Positions 26,798 to 39,913 of a stretch of DNA of 64,000 bases are shown here, in pieces. The notes under the pieces are model-generated. The model saw only the letters and a list, made by a program, of their open reading frames with translations. It was not told where the DNA came from and did not search any database. Made by a program: the position numbers and the translations under genes. The stretch is from the NCBI RefSeq assembly GCF_006345805.1, contig NC_043004.1, forward strand, positions 84,320,001 to 84,384,000. Direction: 5' to 3'. Each line of letters begins with the position of its first letter. Position 1 is the stretch's first letter. The DNA is from Octopus sinensis. Its lineage: Eukaryota.

Positions 26798-27097
26798 ATA
26801 TATATGTATATATATACATATATATATATAATATATATATATATATATGTATGTGTAAATATATATATATATATATACACATTTATAAATATATATATAT
26901 ATACATATTTATTTATATATATATATATACATTTATATATATATATATACATATATATACATATATATCTACATATATATACATATATATATATATATAT
27001 ACATATATATATACATGTATATACATATATATATATATACATATAATATATATATATATATACATATATATACATATATACATATATGTATATATAT

Positions 27098-27158
<61 letters not shown>
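26798..27158. repeat. Compound (TA)n/(CA)n microsatellite (representative of dozens in the window)
   Basis: Directly visible. Others lie at 1-390, 575-720, 925-1335, 1615-1965, 4280-4530, 6598-6692, 12643-12719, 30130-30345, 39015-39215, 39385-39520, 59575-59970 and 62735-62960. Confidence 0.97.
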
Positions 27159-27484
27159 TGTAGCATTTATTCATATAGTTGGAATAAAAGCCATGCAAAT
27201 TGTAGCGTATTTGGGAAAGTAATAAAGAAAACATGACATGAAATATTATATTTATGAGAGGGAGATATCGATTAATTAACACATAAAAATATAGTTCTAT
27301 ATGTATTCATGTTCCTATGTGTTTTGTATGTCTGTGTATGTATATAAGCATGAACATAAAAATCTATGCCTACATCAATAACCTGTTATATTGCATCCTT
27401 TTGGAAAAGTATTATATCTTAATCTAGTAGGGTAATTCTCGAGTAAACTATGTTGTCCCAGCCTTGCCTTCATCTCCTCTTCAT

Positions 27485-27670
27485 GATCTTTTACTTGTTT
27501 GAATCATTTCAATGTGGCCATGCTGGAGCACTACTTCGAAGTGTTTAGTCGAACAAATCGATCCCATTATTTGTTTTTTCAGACTTGTACTTATTCTCAG
27601 TATTTGGCGAACTGCACAGTTCCAGGCACGGAAGCACAACCACGCCATTTGTGAAACGTTCGTAGGAAAC
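27485..27670 (-). mobile_element. SINE family A 3' half, degenerate
   Basis: cttttacttgttt...tgtggccatgctggagcac is the reverse complement of the family A tail. Confidence 0.65.
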
Positions 27671-27783
27671 ATACTCAAACACAAAGATGCACATACACAC
27701 ACGCACACATATACACACATATATTATATATGTGTGTGTTTATATGTGTATATTTATATATGCGTAAACAGTTATACATATGA

Positions 27784-27830
<47 letters not shown>

Positions 27831-28104
27831 AATATGAGGTGTTTAGTTCACTGGTGACCTAAACGAATAGATACGTGGTTTAGGTTCTATAATTGGTCAT
27901 CCGTTAGGTGCTAAGATCCCAGCTGCGGCTGGAGTTAGGGATCTGTAGTAGGCTTCCGAGGTATCAGGTATATATTAGAGGACAACAAAAGTCAAGGCAG
28001 GATGAGTATCTTAAGTCATTTAGAACATTTAAACGCCTTCCTCGCGTTGTTCTAATTAAATATATTCTAAATGACTTGTTTTTATTATCATTTTCCACTA
28101 CTAC

Positions 28105-28166
<62 letters not shown>

Positions 28167-28270
28167 ATATACAACGGGAAGCATTATGAAAATAAACAAA
28201 AGACGAGGGCAGGTGGAATACAAACAAACAATTGTATTAGTATGGCGCTCAGGAATATAAATAAAACAAG

Positions 28271-28308
28271 TCTTTTACGTTTCGAGCCTCCGCTCTTCAA
28301 CAGAAAGA
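28271..28308 (-). ncRNA. Minimal hammerhead-like motif of a different repeat family
   Basis: Reverse complement reads TCTTT-CTGTTGA-A-GAGC-GGAG-GCTC-GAAAC-GTA-AAAGA: perfect stems I and II, loopless palindromic ACGT, core A6>U. Confidence 0.65.
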
Positions 28309-28839
28309 TACACAGAAAAGAAACACGGAGAGAAACAAGAAGAGAAAAAAAATGCGTGCAGAAGCTAGCGAATCAACATATATTTACCACTAGCTTCTTT
28401 CAGTTTCGGTGGACGTAATCCACTCAGAAATATGTGGTTGGTTCGTTCATATAGTAGAAAGCACTTTAGAATGATGCGACACAGCGGGACTGAAGCTGAA
28501 CCGATATGGTTCGAAAGGAAACTTCTTACAATATAACCATTATGCTGATCATTCCTTGTGTTTAGCAAATAATTTCTTTATTTATGTCTCCATGTTTAAA
28601 AGTAGTCTCTCGAAATCCGGGAAAGAGTATTTTGTAATGATTTCCTGATTTGTTGATAGTGATACTAATGATTGTAATCCCAAAATTTTTTTATTATTTA
28701 TTTCTACCTTGCTCTTTGTTCTCAGTGATTTGTATCAATCGATGAAACGGTTATGTCACTAAATTTTATTTGACTCTGGAATATAAATTTTCATAATGCT
28801 ATTCCAAAACAGCTCTAATTTAGTTCTATATTTATGAGA

Positions 28840-29000
28840 TGAGGAATCTTATACATTATTTGCATTATTTACATTTGACGGATATTTGTCCTCAACTTGT
28901 TTGTTATTAACACAAACGTTTCGGATGATATACCTTTCAGGCTTCATCAAGTGTCTTGGGGAAATGTTGAACTGGTGTTCTCATTCCTAAGGTATTTTAT
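28840..29000 (-). mobile_element. Penelope-type pseudo-LTR fragment with a degenerate hammerhead motif
   Basis: Reverse complement of 28910-28954 reads acac-TTGATGA-agcctg...catcc-GAAAC-GTT-tgtgt. It is homologous to 7660-7752. Confidence 0.6.
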
Positions 29001-30127
29001 CATCGTAAAATACAGACACGCACATGCACATATGAACTAAACTGTTAATATAGAAAATTAGAATTCGTGCAGCGAACTCCAAAATTATGCGATGCCCAGA
29101 ATGTTTGAAATTTAATGATCGAATACAGCAAAACTTTTGAAATTATCCTCATTCTTTAATAGAATTAACAACTTAATGCATATATTGATGAATTAAAAAC
29201 ATACCCCCTACAGACAGACGGTGCAGCACGCACACACACGAACACACATAATCATACACACACACGCACACACATACACGCATACACACAAGCACGCACA
29301 CACACGCATACATGCACACACACGCATACTTTTAATTTTTTCAAGGAGGTATATAGCCTGAATATTATCATTTTATGTATCATATAACAATTGATAGATT
29401 ATACAGATATAACATCTGTAAATATAATGCGGAAATGAATAGAGGGCCTGTTACATACGATGGAAGTTTAACAGAGCAATTGGTTGCATGTAACAAACAG
29501 AGAGATAATAGTGAAACCCTGTAACCACTTCAGAACTGTCTTTGTTTCATAGTAACTCTAAATTTAATCAAAACATCGACCATATCTCGTCATCACTCAC
29601 CCTGAACTACAAAAGTATAAATTTGAGAAGAACAAAGAGAAGCAGACAAAACATGTGTTAGGAATGACAGGTAAAACGGATATTGAAATAAATTATCTAT
29701 CATTTATCACGAGACAAATGTGTACAGGGACAAAATAGTTACAAGTATACATCCACAACTTTCATTTTTGTACTCGGTAACTTTTAACGTAACGGAAACC
29801 AAGGCAATTTAACAGATATTTAGATAAAATCGAAGGCAGACAGTTTACATCTTTCCTTTAATGTTAGAAGTAGGATGAAAACCGTTTAATCGATAGGAAA
29901 TTTATATAAAATAAATTATAATCGAAGAGGAGAAATCTGTGATGTTCAACGCAAATAATGATATTGGAATATGTTCTAAAGATGCTTACGATAGAGTATA
30001 AATAGAGTCGAAACTCTCGTAACGAGCAAAAATGAATCTTGATTCTTAGATTAGCAATAGAGACACATAAGTTATTAAAACTATATGAAGTTCTACATTA
30101 TATATTCATATGTAGATACACACACAC

Positions 30128-30209
<82 letters not shown>

Positions 30210-30220
30210 TAGATAGATAT

Positions 30221-30315
<95 letters not shown>

Positions 30316-30814
30316 AGAGATAGATAGATAGGTAGGTAGGTACGTAGTTCACATATGAGATCGAGAGAATATCAATATGGAAAACACTTCGTAGTGCTCA
30401 AATGATTTGAAACTATAGACTAATATCTTCACGGAGGACCAAATCACCAGGGTAAAGAGTTGCTATAAGGGGGAATCCAAGGGAGCAGATATGGGGACAA
30501 ATATTTAGATAAACAGATAAAACCTCAGGTTTTAACATACGCAATATATAAGCTTAAAAGTTTTCAGGCGGAGAGGTTCTAGATTTACCAATGTTTCCTT
30601 GCTTCGACTTGCGCCTGCTACGTTTTAGACCCACTATATCTGCCAGCACATGAAGTAACCCTGAGCCCTTATACAAATGTGAGACTATATAAAAACTACA
30701 TATTACATTTATACTTGAATGTGTTTCATCTGACAATATTGAGCCTGCTTTCTCTTTATATATACATGTATACATAGATGCATGCATCTATACATACATA
30801 CATACACACACACA

Positions 30815-30904
<90 letters not shown>

Positions 30905-30906
<2 letters not shown>

Positions 30907-31058
30907 GTGTTTACGTCCCCGAAACTTAGCGGCTCGGCAAAAAAGATCGATAGAATACGTACTAGGCTTACAGAGAATAAATCCTGTGGTCGATTTGCTC
31001 GACTACAGGCGGTGCTCCAGCATGACCACAGTCAAGTGACGGAAACAAGTAAAAGAGA
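30905..31058 (+). mobile_element. SINE family A 3' half
   Basis: gtgtttacgtcccc..ggcggtgctccagcatg..gaaacaagtaaaagag. Confidence 0.85.
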
Positions 31059-31072
31059 CTGTGTGTGTATAT

Positions 31073-31133
<61 letters not shown>

Positions 31134-31194
31134 CCGACATGTACACATATATATATACATATATATATACAAGCTTACATATGTATATTTATAT

Positions 31195-31480
31195 TATTTG
31201 TTTCAGTCATTAGACTGCGGTAATACTGGGAAACCGCCTAGAATAATTTGTAGTCGTATGTATCGAGTCCAGGTCTTATTTTTTAAAAGTTTGGTGCTTA
31301 TTCAATCGCTCTCTTTTGCCGATCCGATAAGTTAGAGGAACGTAAACACACTCACACCAGTTGTCAAAATGTGGCGGGGGGCAAGCATAGACACAAAGAC
31401 ACACAAACATAGATTCAGCCACACATACTCGTGAGCGCGCATACAAATCTATATAGTTTCCGTCGACAAAATTCACTCGC
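31195..31480 (-). mobile_element. SINE family A, reverse, partial
   Basis: ttgtttcagtcattagactgcgg...acgtaaacac..ccagttgtcaa...agtttccgtc. Confidence 0.75.
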
Positions 31481-32236
31481 AACCCGAAAACAAACACGCC
31501 ATACACATATGTGAATCTATGCGTGGAGTTTCTAAAAACGCTCGCGTGAAACTAACTTCTCGACCATGTAATCACGAATATCTTTAGTGTTGCTTAGTAT
31601 CTGCCTATTTGCATGAGGATGTGGTTGTGTTCCATAACCGTTGAACACTTCCAACTGAAACGAAACCACCAGCACAACACAATATTGAATTAAATCTATT
31701 GCAATATTTCAATACGGTATTCAATTAATTTCAAAAGGCTATCTAATCAATCACTACAGTATTACATCCTCAATAGCAGTACACTTTATTCTCTATGCAC
31801 TTACCATATCTCTCATTGTTATAGTATCCTTTGTTCCTCTTACATTGTATGTTTAAGTTATGTTCACTTCACCCATGACGTTTCTTTCAAGTATTTATTT
31901 CATTTTTGTTCTTCCATATTAATTTCAATGCGAAAGATTTCCTTTATTGTATCGTTTGGTTTTCTTTTTTGAACATATTGTATATCTGTCATTCTTATTC
32001 GTTCACTATACATCGTATTATTTAAATCATCCCTTCTAGGGCCGTTTAAATTCAATAAGGAATTGTCTAATTTGTGTTTCTCGCCTTTTACCACTTTTAT
32101 TTTAATTTAATTTTATTTTTGTTATTTCCATCGAAATTAACTTTTCCTTTTGTACAGCGTAGTCAAATGTATACTTAACTGCGCTCCTCTTTACAATAGT
32201 AGTTCCACATAACACATTCATTGATATGAATAGTTT

Positions 32237-32298
<62 letters not shown>

Positions 32299-35147
32299 TA
32301 TATATACATGCATACGTACATACAGTCATATGTGGGGTGGAGTAAGCAATAAAGGGTGAATCGTGACATGCGTTCCTCCTTGCTGACTTTTTGTTCGCTC
32401 TTGTGAGAATCTGAAGTGTATCTACTTGATTATTTAGATATAATTCATTGCTTGAATATTCCTTTATTATTTAGCACGCCATATAAGAATAATCTCCCAA
32501 CAAGATATCATTTCCATGAATGACCTCGTTCTCATTATAAGTAGTAGAAGCAACCATATTATATTTCATAATACTTAAGTAGCCGTATTTCATTGCGTGA
32601 TATAAATGAATGATCAAACGCAGCTATGTGTGCCTAGAGGCCCTGTTTAACTCCATTTTGCTATTGTGCTTCCTTTTCTGTTACTATATTTTAAGGTACT
32701 CTCAGCGTAATGACATTTTTCCTGATAATGTGTATCTGTGTACGTCCTAACGTTTTCGTTACGCTTTGTCATTCTTTATGATTCTCCAGGCACCTATAAT
32801 TCTTTGGATTATCCCTGGCTCTTCACTGCTTGTATTTTGCTCGAATCCATCTCAGGAACTTTATATCAGGATATTTATCTATTTTCATTTTCAATACACG
32901 ACTGAATTTATGAATAGAAATATACTTTTTGTGTTACGATTGGTTGACCATATTTGCAGCTGCGATGCCAGGCTATTATGGAGTTGTCAGCCATTTTAGC
33001 ACCATTCCCCTTTTCAGCTTGTGAAGGCTGTGAGAGGCAACGTACCATTATAATATTTTGCATCTATCATATATTATTTTAAGCCTGTACACACAACTGC
33101 AGGTATTGTAGTTTCTCCGATTACTCATCTGTATCATGTCTATGTTAATGATATTGTAATGTTATAAATCATCAAATATTCAGTAACATTATGTACACTC
33201 CGTAGAAGTGCAACCGTAAGGTAATCAGAAAATATAGGTCGACCATTGGGTGATGAAACCTTAACACAACTATAACTGTATTTTACCATAATTAAATACT
33301 GGAATATACTTGGTTAAAAACTCCATCAATTCTCCTATCTAACATTCGTAATAGGGCATTGATACTTCAGTAAAAGACGGTGAATACCCCTCTGAAATTC
33401 TTCTTTTGGGAAATGCATGAAAACCTAAGAGAGAAACGCTGAAACACAATCTCCGTAAAATTTCTACGTTAACTCAATATATTTAAGAAATGGAACGGCA
33501 ACCCAGAAACGAAGGTAGACTTTTTTTACATGCAAATCTAGGCCATTGATATTCCAATATGTTTTGATCTGTCTCTGTTGGCACCTATTGTATAGATTTA
33601 GGAGTGCACTTGAACAGGTTCATTGTCAGGAAATTAGGCTAAGATGTACTTTCTTCCAGTGTTCTGTAATCAGGTAGGTATATGTTAGATAAATTACCGA
33701 ATCAAGGGCACTTGCTGTAAAATACTAATTTCCTAAAAGTATTCCTTCCCTACGTCAATGTCTGTTATGTTTTCTGCAAACTACTACTACTACTACTACT
33801 GTTGTTGTTGGTGGTGGTGGTGGTGGTGCTACTACTACTACTAATACGAATGATGATGATGATGATGATGATAATAATTATACTGCTACAGCTCCTGCTG
33901 CACTTGATTTGCTGCTGCTGCTACTACTTCTGCTACAACTACTATTGCTGCTACTACTATTGTTGTTGAGCAACAAGACGGGTAAGGGTGATTAGGTGAT
34001 GATCTAGGGCTTAAGGGCGGGAGACCCAAAACCTTGGAAAAAAAAACGTTGGTCGTCTTGCTGTCGTCGAGAGCTCATCGTTGACGCCCGACACCACTGG
34101 AAGGTGGCCCTCGAAGTCGCTAGAAATAGAGATCTCCAGGTCCAAATTCTTGAACGGCTGTTGTTGCTGCTGGCATTACTACTACCGCTAGTGCTACTGC
34201 TGCTGTAGCACCCATACGTAATTCAGCAACAGCAGAGGACACACTTTGTAGGTCATGTGGAAATTCAAAAGAAATCGAATGGAAGCTATCCTGCTGTACA
34301 CTGGTGTGATCCATGTCATTGTACCGAGGCTGAAAACAGCAGCAGTGATGAATGCCACCCAGTAAAGATATCCAAATATATTGAAGGCTTCATCTGGCTC
34401 CACATGGATCTGTTCAGCCGAAGTCTTTCTTTGATGTATCGCACGGGGTAGAATTTAGGTAGAATTTAGAATTTAGATATATCTTTTGAATTGGAAGCAA
34501 GTCTGATAGCGCGCATTTCTGCATACAGCCAGTAAAAATAGCAATCATTTTCTGGAACGCTCAAAAAAACTTTCGGGTTTACATTCCATAATATTATGGA
34601 CAGTAAACGTGCGTGCTTCCTCCACGCAACCATTCCTGTCTAAGACAAATGGAAGAAACCCCATGCCGTTGTTATACGATAGCTATTTCAGAATGAAAGT
34701 GAAATAAGATTGACATGTTTTCATAAAGCTGGAAGGGTAGACTATCAATCCAACATTATTTGTTCTACATGCATGATATCTACCCACAGCCGGCTGTACC
34801 TCAAATGTTATTATTACGATTCACAACACTGCGCTTCTTCTACCAGGCAATCTGTTCAGTTGTCAACGGTCTGTAATCGAATACTACAGCAAAACCGATT
34901 GTAAATCCTGCTGGAAAAGACTGGTATATGCGTTATGTCATCTAACACAAGTTTCTAATCTTCCACACAAGTCCAATTTGTAAGATTATGCAAGCCTGGT
35001 ATCATTAGCGGATCTTGTGCCTCGTGTACTTATTGCAAAACAACGATTGTATATTATATTAATTTTTTTTCTTGGCGTAGAAGCTATCTTCGCTGGCGCA
35101 TTAGGTGCTAGAATTTTACTCACAATATACTTTCAAAACATTTTTTA

Positions 35148-35383
35148 TTCTTTTATTTGTTTCAGTCATTTGACGGTGACTATACTGGACTACTAACTTA
35201 TAGAGTATTTTAGTCGAAGAAATATAGCCCAGGTTTTATTCTTTGTAAGCTTGTTTCTTATTCTATCGGTGACTTTTGCCGTACTGTTAAGTAACTGCGA
35301 AGTTAACACACCATCATGGGTTGTCAAGCGGTTGTGGGGACAAACACACACACACACGCAGAAACATAGAAACACACACACAT

Positions 35384-35419
<36 letters not shown>

Positions 35420-35562
35420 CAACGGTCTTCTTTCAGTTTCCGTCTACTAAATCCACTCGCAAGACTCTGATCGGCCAAAGTCTACACTAGCAGGAGCTAC
35501 CTAGTGCTATTGAACAAGGAACCATGTGTTTGGGAGACAAGCTGCTTACAACATAGCCACCT
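35148..35562 (-). mobile_element. SINE family A, reverse
   Basis: ttgtttcagtcatttgac...cttctttcagtttccgtctactaaatccactc...ggaaccatgtg..acatagccac. Confidence 0.8.
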
Positions 35563-36007
35563 TTTTTCTATTATTCAAATAGAAATCTAATATAATTTTT
35601 TTCGACCCCATACCGTTAGCTAGAAAATGAGTGATCAATAGTCGCGAAGCAACAGTTTTTTCGCTTTTATTCAATTACAAAGTCTTCAGTATATTGTGGA
35701 GTGGCGGGGATAATTCCACATCGATATCGAAACCACAATATTCCTATCTCATGGTGATCCAGTTTACTCGACATGCATACGTTTTATAATCGTGAAGAAT
35801 TCCGGTGCAGATCTATATGCAAGTATTCTCGGTGACGTTTACGGTCAACTCACCCATGTTTTGTAAAATGGGAACATTAAATTATCGATGCTCTTTTCAC
35901 TCTAATTCTGTTCTAGAAGATTTTGTTTAACTTCTTATGGGTGGTGCACGTCAAACACAATTAGTGCTAATGTGAAACTTAGTTTTTTTATCAAATAATA
36001 CGTAATT

Positions 36008-36063
36008 AAGTATACTTGAAGTGGAGTGGGCAGGGCAGTGACCACTCCACTTCAAGTATACTT
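36008..36063. repeat. Perfect 22-bp inverted repeat with a 12-nt loop
   Basis: aagtatacttgaagtggagtgg (36008-36029) and ccactccacttcaagtatactt (36042-36063). Confidence 0.95.
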
Positions 36064-36927
36064 CAAAACTTTCTTGACTGCTGTTTTTGAAACATCTGTA
36101 TCACATTGGCAGTATATAACTTGTTAGTTTCTTATAATGTGTTGACTGTGATGTTTTTCTCCTGGTGTTTTGAAGATGACCTTAAACTCAACATTAAAAT
36201 ATTTCTTTGTATATTTACGTAGAAAACTTTTATGTACCCCCACAGTCTCAATGTTGAGTGCAGCTAATTTCATGAAGGAGTGAAGTTGTAGAAGAGAACT
36301 AGTGTATTTAACAGGAGCGGTTGCTGTTGTATATTTTCTGTTTTGCTTGTTCTTGTATATGGTTTTAATGTTGTTATATTTGTCTTTGTCATTGTATGAT
36401 TTTATTTATTAAAGTGTATTAGTAAGAGATCTCTGAGGTCGTGGGAAGAGTAGTTTCTCATGTCCGCACATAAGTGTCTCTAACTGAACTGCTTTTTTCT
36501 GCGTTGTCTGTAAAATCTTCAAGGAGCGACGATGGTGCTAACCCATAACATTTCGTACGGTGGTGACATGAAAGGACTACTCAATCACAAAATATATTTG
36601 CCATTGGTAATGTTACTGTTCTTATTTACATTGTGGATTTCTGCATGCGTTCGAGTTCATCTGTATTTGCAGATAGAGCCAATTTGATTGCTGATAATAA
36701 TTATGGAGTTGGATCACAGTGCGGCGTGTCACACCTCACTCTCACCTTCTGACCAACAATTCATTATGACAAAAGATCGAGTAGACTTGTATAATCGATA
36801 ACAATTTTTACTGTACTTGTAAAGGTTTAAAGTTAAGCAGTATGTGTCACTATTCCCGGTCTCTCCTTGAGAATCAATTTAAAGCAAAACGTATGTGTGC
36901 GTTTGTGTTTGCGCGTGTGTGTGCGCG

Positions 36928-36978
36928 TGTATGGTGCACCTGAGCACTGTACACGATAATTTGATTATTATTATTATA
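36928..36978 (+). mobile_element. Extreme 3' tip of the same CR1/L2-type LINE
   Basis: ggtgcacctgagcactgtacacgataatttgattattattatt matches the 3' terminus of the 17971 element. Confidence 0.7.
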
Positions 36979-38299
36979 TATTTATGCATTTAAAAATGCC
37001 AGTACACCACATCGAAATCAACAGAAAAGCCAATACTTCTGAATATATGTTGGTGTATGTGGATCCTGTGCCTGAGGGTGTATGTATATATTTGCATAGT
37101 AGTATTTCAATTTTGCACGCTAGTATTTAGTTTGTGCCAATCTTGTATGTTAGCGCGCAAGTATGTTTAAATATGTATATGAGCGCTCTGCATTTTACAT
37201 GACATTTTATTTCATTATATAAAGCTGCAGAGCATTTTCACGTATTTAACTAGTATGAGAATACGAAACAAGGAGATAATACGTAGAATTCTTTGAATTG
37301 GTCATAAGTAAAGCGGCGTCGTATAGGTAAAGTATATGCCGCAAGGACATGAATGTTTATGGATAGACTTGCTTTGAAAATCCTATTCTACGGTAATCCC
37401 ATATATAAGGACATAGTTGATCAATAAAAGTAAGAATCCTGATTTTCATTTTACTATAAGGAATTGAATGAAAAATGGAGAATCAATAATTTTTATTATC
37501 AGAACCTAACTTTAACGGCGATATCTTCTCGATGATACCGTTCATAGACATAACAATCTGTAGCATATCCTCCTTTAATGTAGCTAGCGTAGACAATATC
37601 TCTCAAAGGATAAGGCTTAAACATATTCTGTCTCCGATATGAATATAAAGTGAATGGTAAGATATCATTTAAAAGTACTTAAGTAAATAATATATGTGTA
37701 GTTGAATATCAGCGTAGAAATACATTCAATAGCAAAAATATGATGCATAATTGTGTATATATATGATTTACAATATACATTAACTTTCATATAAAAATAA
37801 AATCGCAAATGAAAATCTATAATACGTTTGGAGATAGAAGTATCGAAGTAGTCATAATGTATGGATCTCATAGCATAGTAAACGTTATTGATCAATCTCA
37901 GGTCTACTTTAAGTAAGCTTCCTTATAATAAAATGTATTTAAGCTGTGACTTAAGAGAATTTTGCATAACATTGTGGCAAGGTGCGATACAACATAGTGA
38001 CACTAACATTGGTACGTTCTAAAATACATTTACTATATCATGGGTAGAGTTATGTCCCGTGATTTGCTGCATGTTGTGCGAGGAATGCACTTGAAAATAC
38101 TTCTGATATTCATCTTGGAAATTTCTTTACCATTGACTTCGCACTCGGCCATTCAAATTAGTGACATATTTACTTATCTGAAGTGTGTTAATTAAATGCG
38201 TTAATGTCTTGTTGCAGTATCCAATCATGCATTCCTTTAAATGTGAGATCCTAAAAAATACAGCTTCTATGTGTATATATATATATATATATATATACA

Positions 38300-38705
38300 C
38301 GCAGGAGTGGCTGTGTGGTAAATAGCTTGTTTACCAACCACATGGTTCCGGGTTCAGTCCCACTGCGTGGCACCTTGGGCAAGTGTCTACTACTATAGCC
38401 TCGGGCCGACCAAAGCCTTGTGAGTGGATTTGATAGACGGAAACTGAAAGAAGCCCGTCGTATATATGTATATATATATCTATATATGTATGTGCGTGTA
38501 TGTTTGTGTTTGTCCCCCTAGCATTGCTTGACAACCGATGCTGGTGTGTTTATGTCCCCGTCATTTAGCGGTTCGGCAAAAACAGACCGATAGAATAAGT
38601 ACTAGGCTTACAATGAATAAGTTCCGGGGTCGAGTTGCTCGATTAAAGGCGGTGTTCCAGCATGGCCGCAGTCAAATGCCTGAAACAAGTAAAAGAGTAA
38701 AAGAG
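38300..38705 (+). mobile_element. SINE family A, full length, young
   Basis: Very close to 3646-4045 across the whole length. Confidence 0.92.
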
Positions 38706-38706
38706 T

Positions 38707-38750
<44 letters not shown>

Positions 38751-38753
<3 letters not shown>

Positions 38754-39012
38754 GGAGTTGAACGAAGAAGTTGTTAAAATTCTTTTACTTTCGACATATG
38801 TTTCGAAGACAACATAGTTTTATTCCAAAGGTATAAAACGTGTGAAATGCAATCTTCTCAACAGGAAAGAAAGAGAGCATCTCTCAACAACAAGACATAA
38901 TAATAGGTCGCTTCATCCGTGTTACTTGCGTGAATTTTGCTACCCTGGTAACAGTTTATTGAATTTTCCATGTTAACGGTAAACAAAGGATAATTCATTC
39001 ATCCATTTAAAG
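38751..39012. mobile_element. Internally inverted copy of the 47130 repeat, inserted in (TA)n
   Basis: 38751-38900 is the reverse complement of 47150-47301, and 38905-39010 is a direct match to 47366-47470. There is (TA)n on both sides. Confidence 0.75.
38782..38874 (-). ncRNA. Second copy of the same hammerhead motif (core CTGTTGA)
   Basis: Reverse complement reads ctttc-CTGTTGA-GAAGA...TCTTC-GAAAC-ATAT-GTC-gaaag. Stem I is intact and the core has A6>U. Confidence 0.7.
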
Positions 39013-39018
39013 ATATAT

Positions 39019-39060
<42 letters not shown>

Positions 39061-39160
39061 CATACAAATAAGTCTGTATATATACATCTATAAATCTATA
39101 CATCTACATACATATATACACATACTTATATATGTGCAGATGCATATACACATATATACA

Positions 39161-39218
<58 letters not shown>

Positions 39219-39407
39219 TTCACTAACATTTAGATTCAGATGAATATGGTACTTAAGTTAAAGGTACCAGAATTTAGTATGGTATTATCCATATAATTCA
39301 AAATGTTTTCATACTTCAATTAAATGGAGTCGCATGAAACGATCGTACTGCATTACCTCTGCTTATTTTGTTGGTTATTTTGATTATATATATATATATA
39401 TATATAA

Positions 39408-39508
<101 letters not shown>

Positions 39509-39869
39509 ATGTGTATGCGTGCATATATGTGATACAATAGTATTAATAGTAAAATTATTAACACTGAAAGTAGTATCTCCCATTACAATAGCGATGTTAT
39601 TGTTTCACTTTTGATACATAATATTGTGACTGTGTAAGAAATAAGAGGTTGCCCGGCGCCGCATTAGCCTAGAATTTAATCGTTTTTGTCCCAAGACCTT
39701 GCATGTGTAAAATTTATCTGAATTCAGATGGATAGTTCTCGAGTTTAGTGATGCACTCATAAAGTCACAGAAACACCTTCTCATTTTTACACCCCCCCAC
39801 ACACATATATATATATAAATATACATACATATATATATATAAATATACATACATATATATATATATATA

Positions 39870-39913
<44 letters not shown>

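Noticed and set aside
32791-32910. Acceptor ttctccag plus frame GTYNSLDYPWLFTACILLESISG
   Set aside because: The resemblance to an MFS transporter is too weak, and the frame ends at a stop with no donor.
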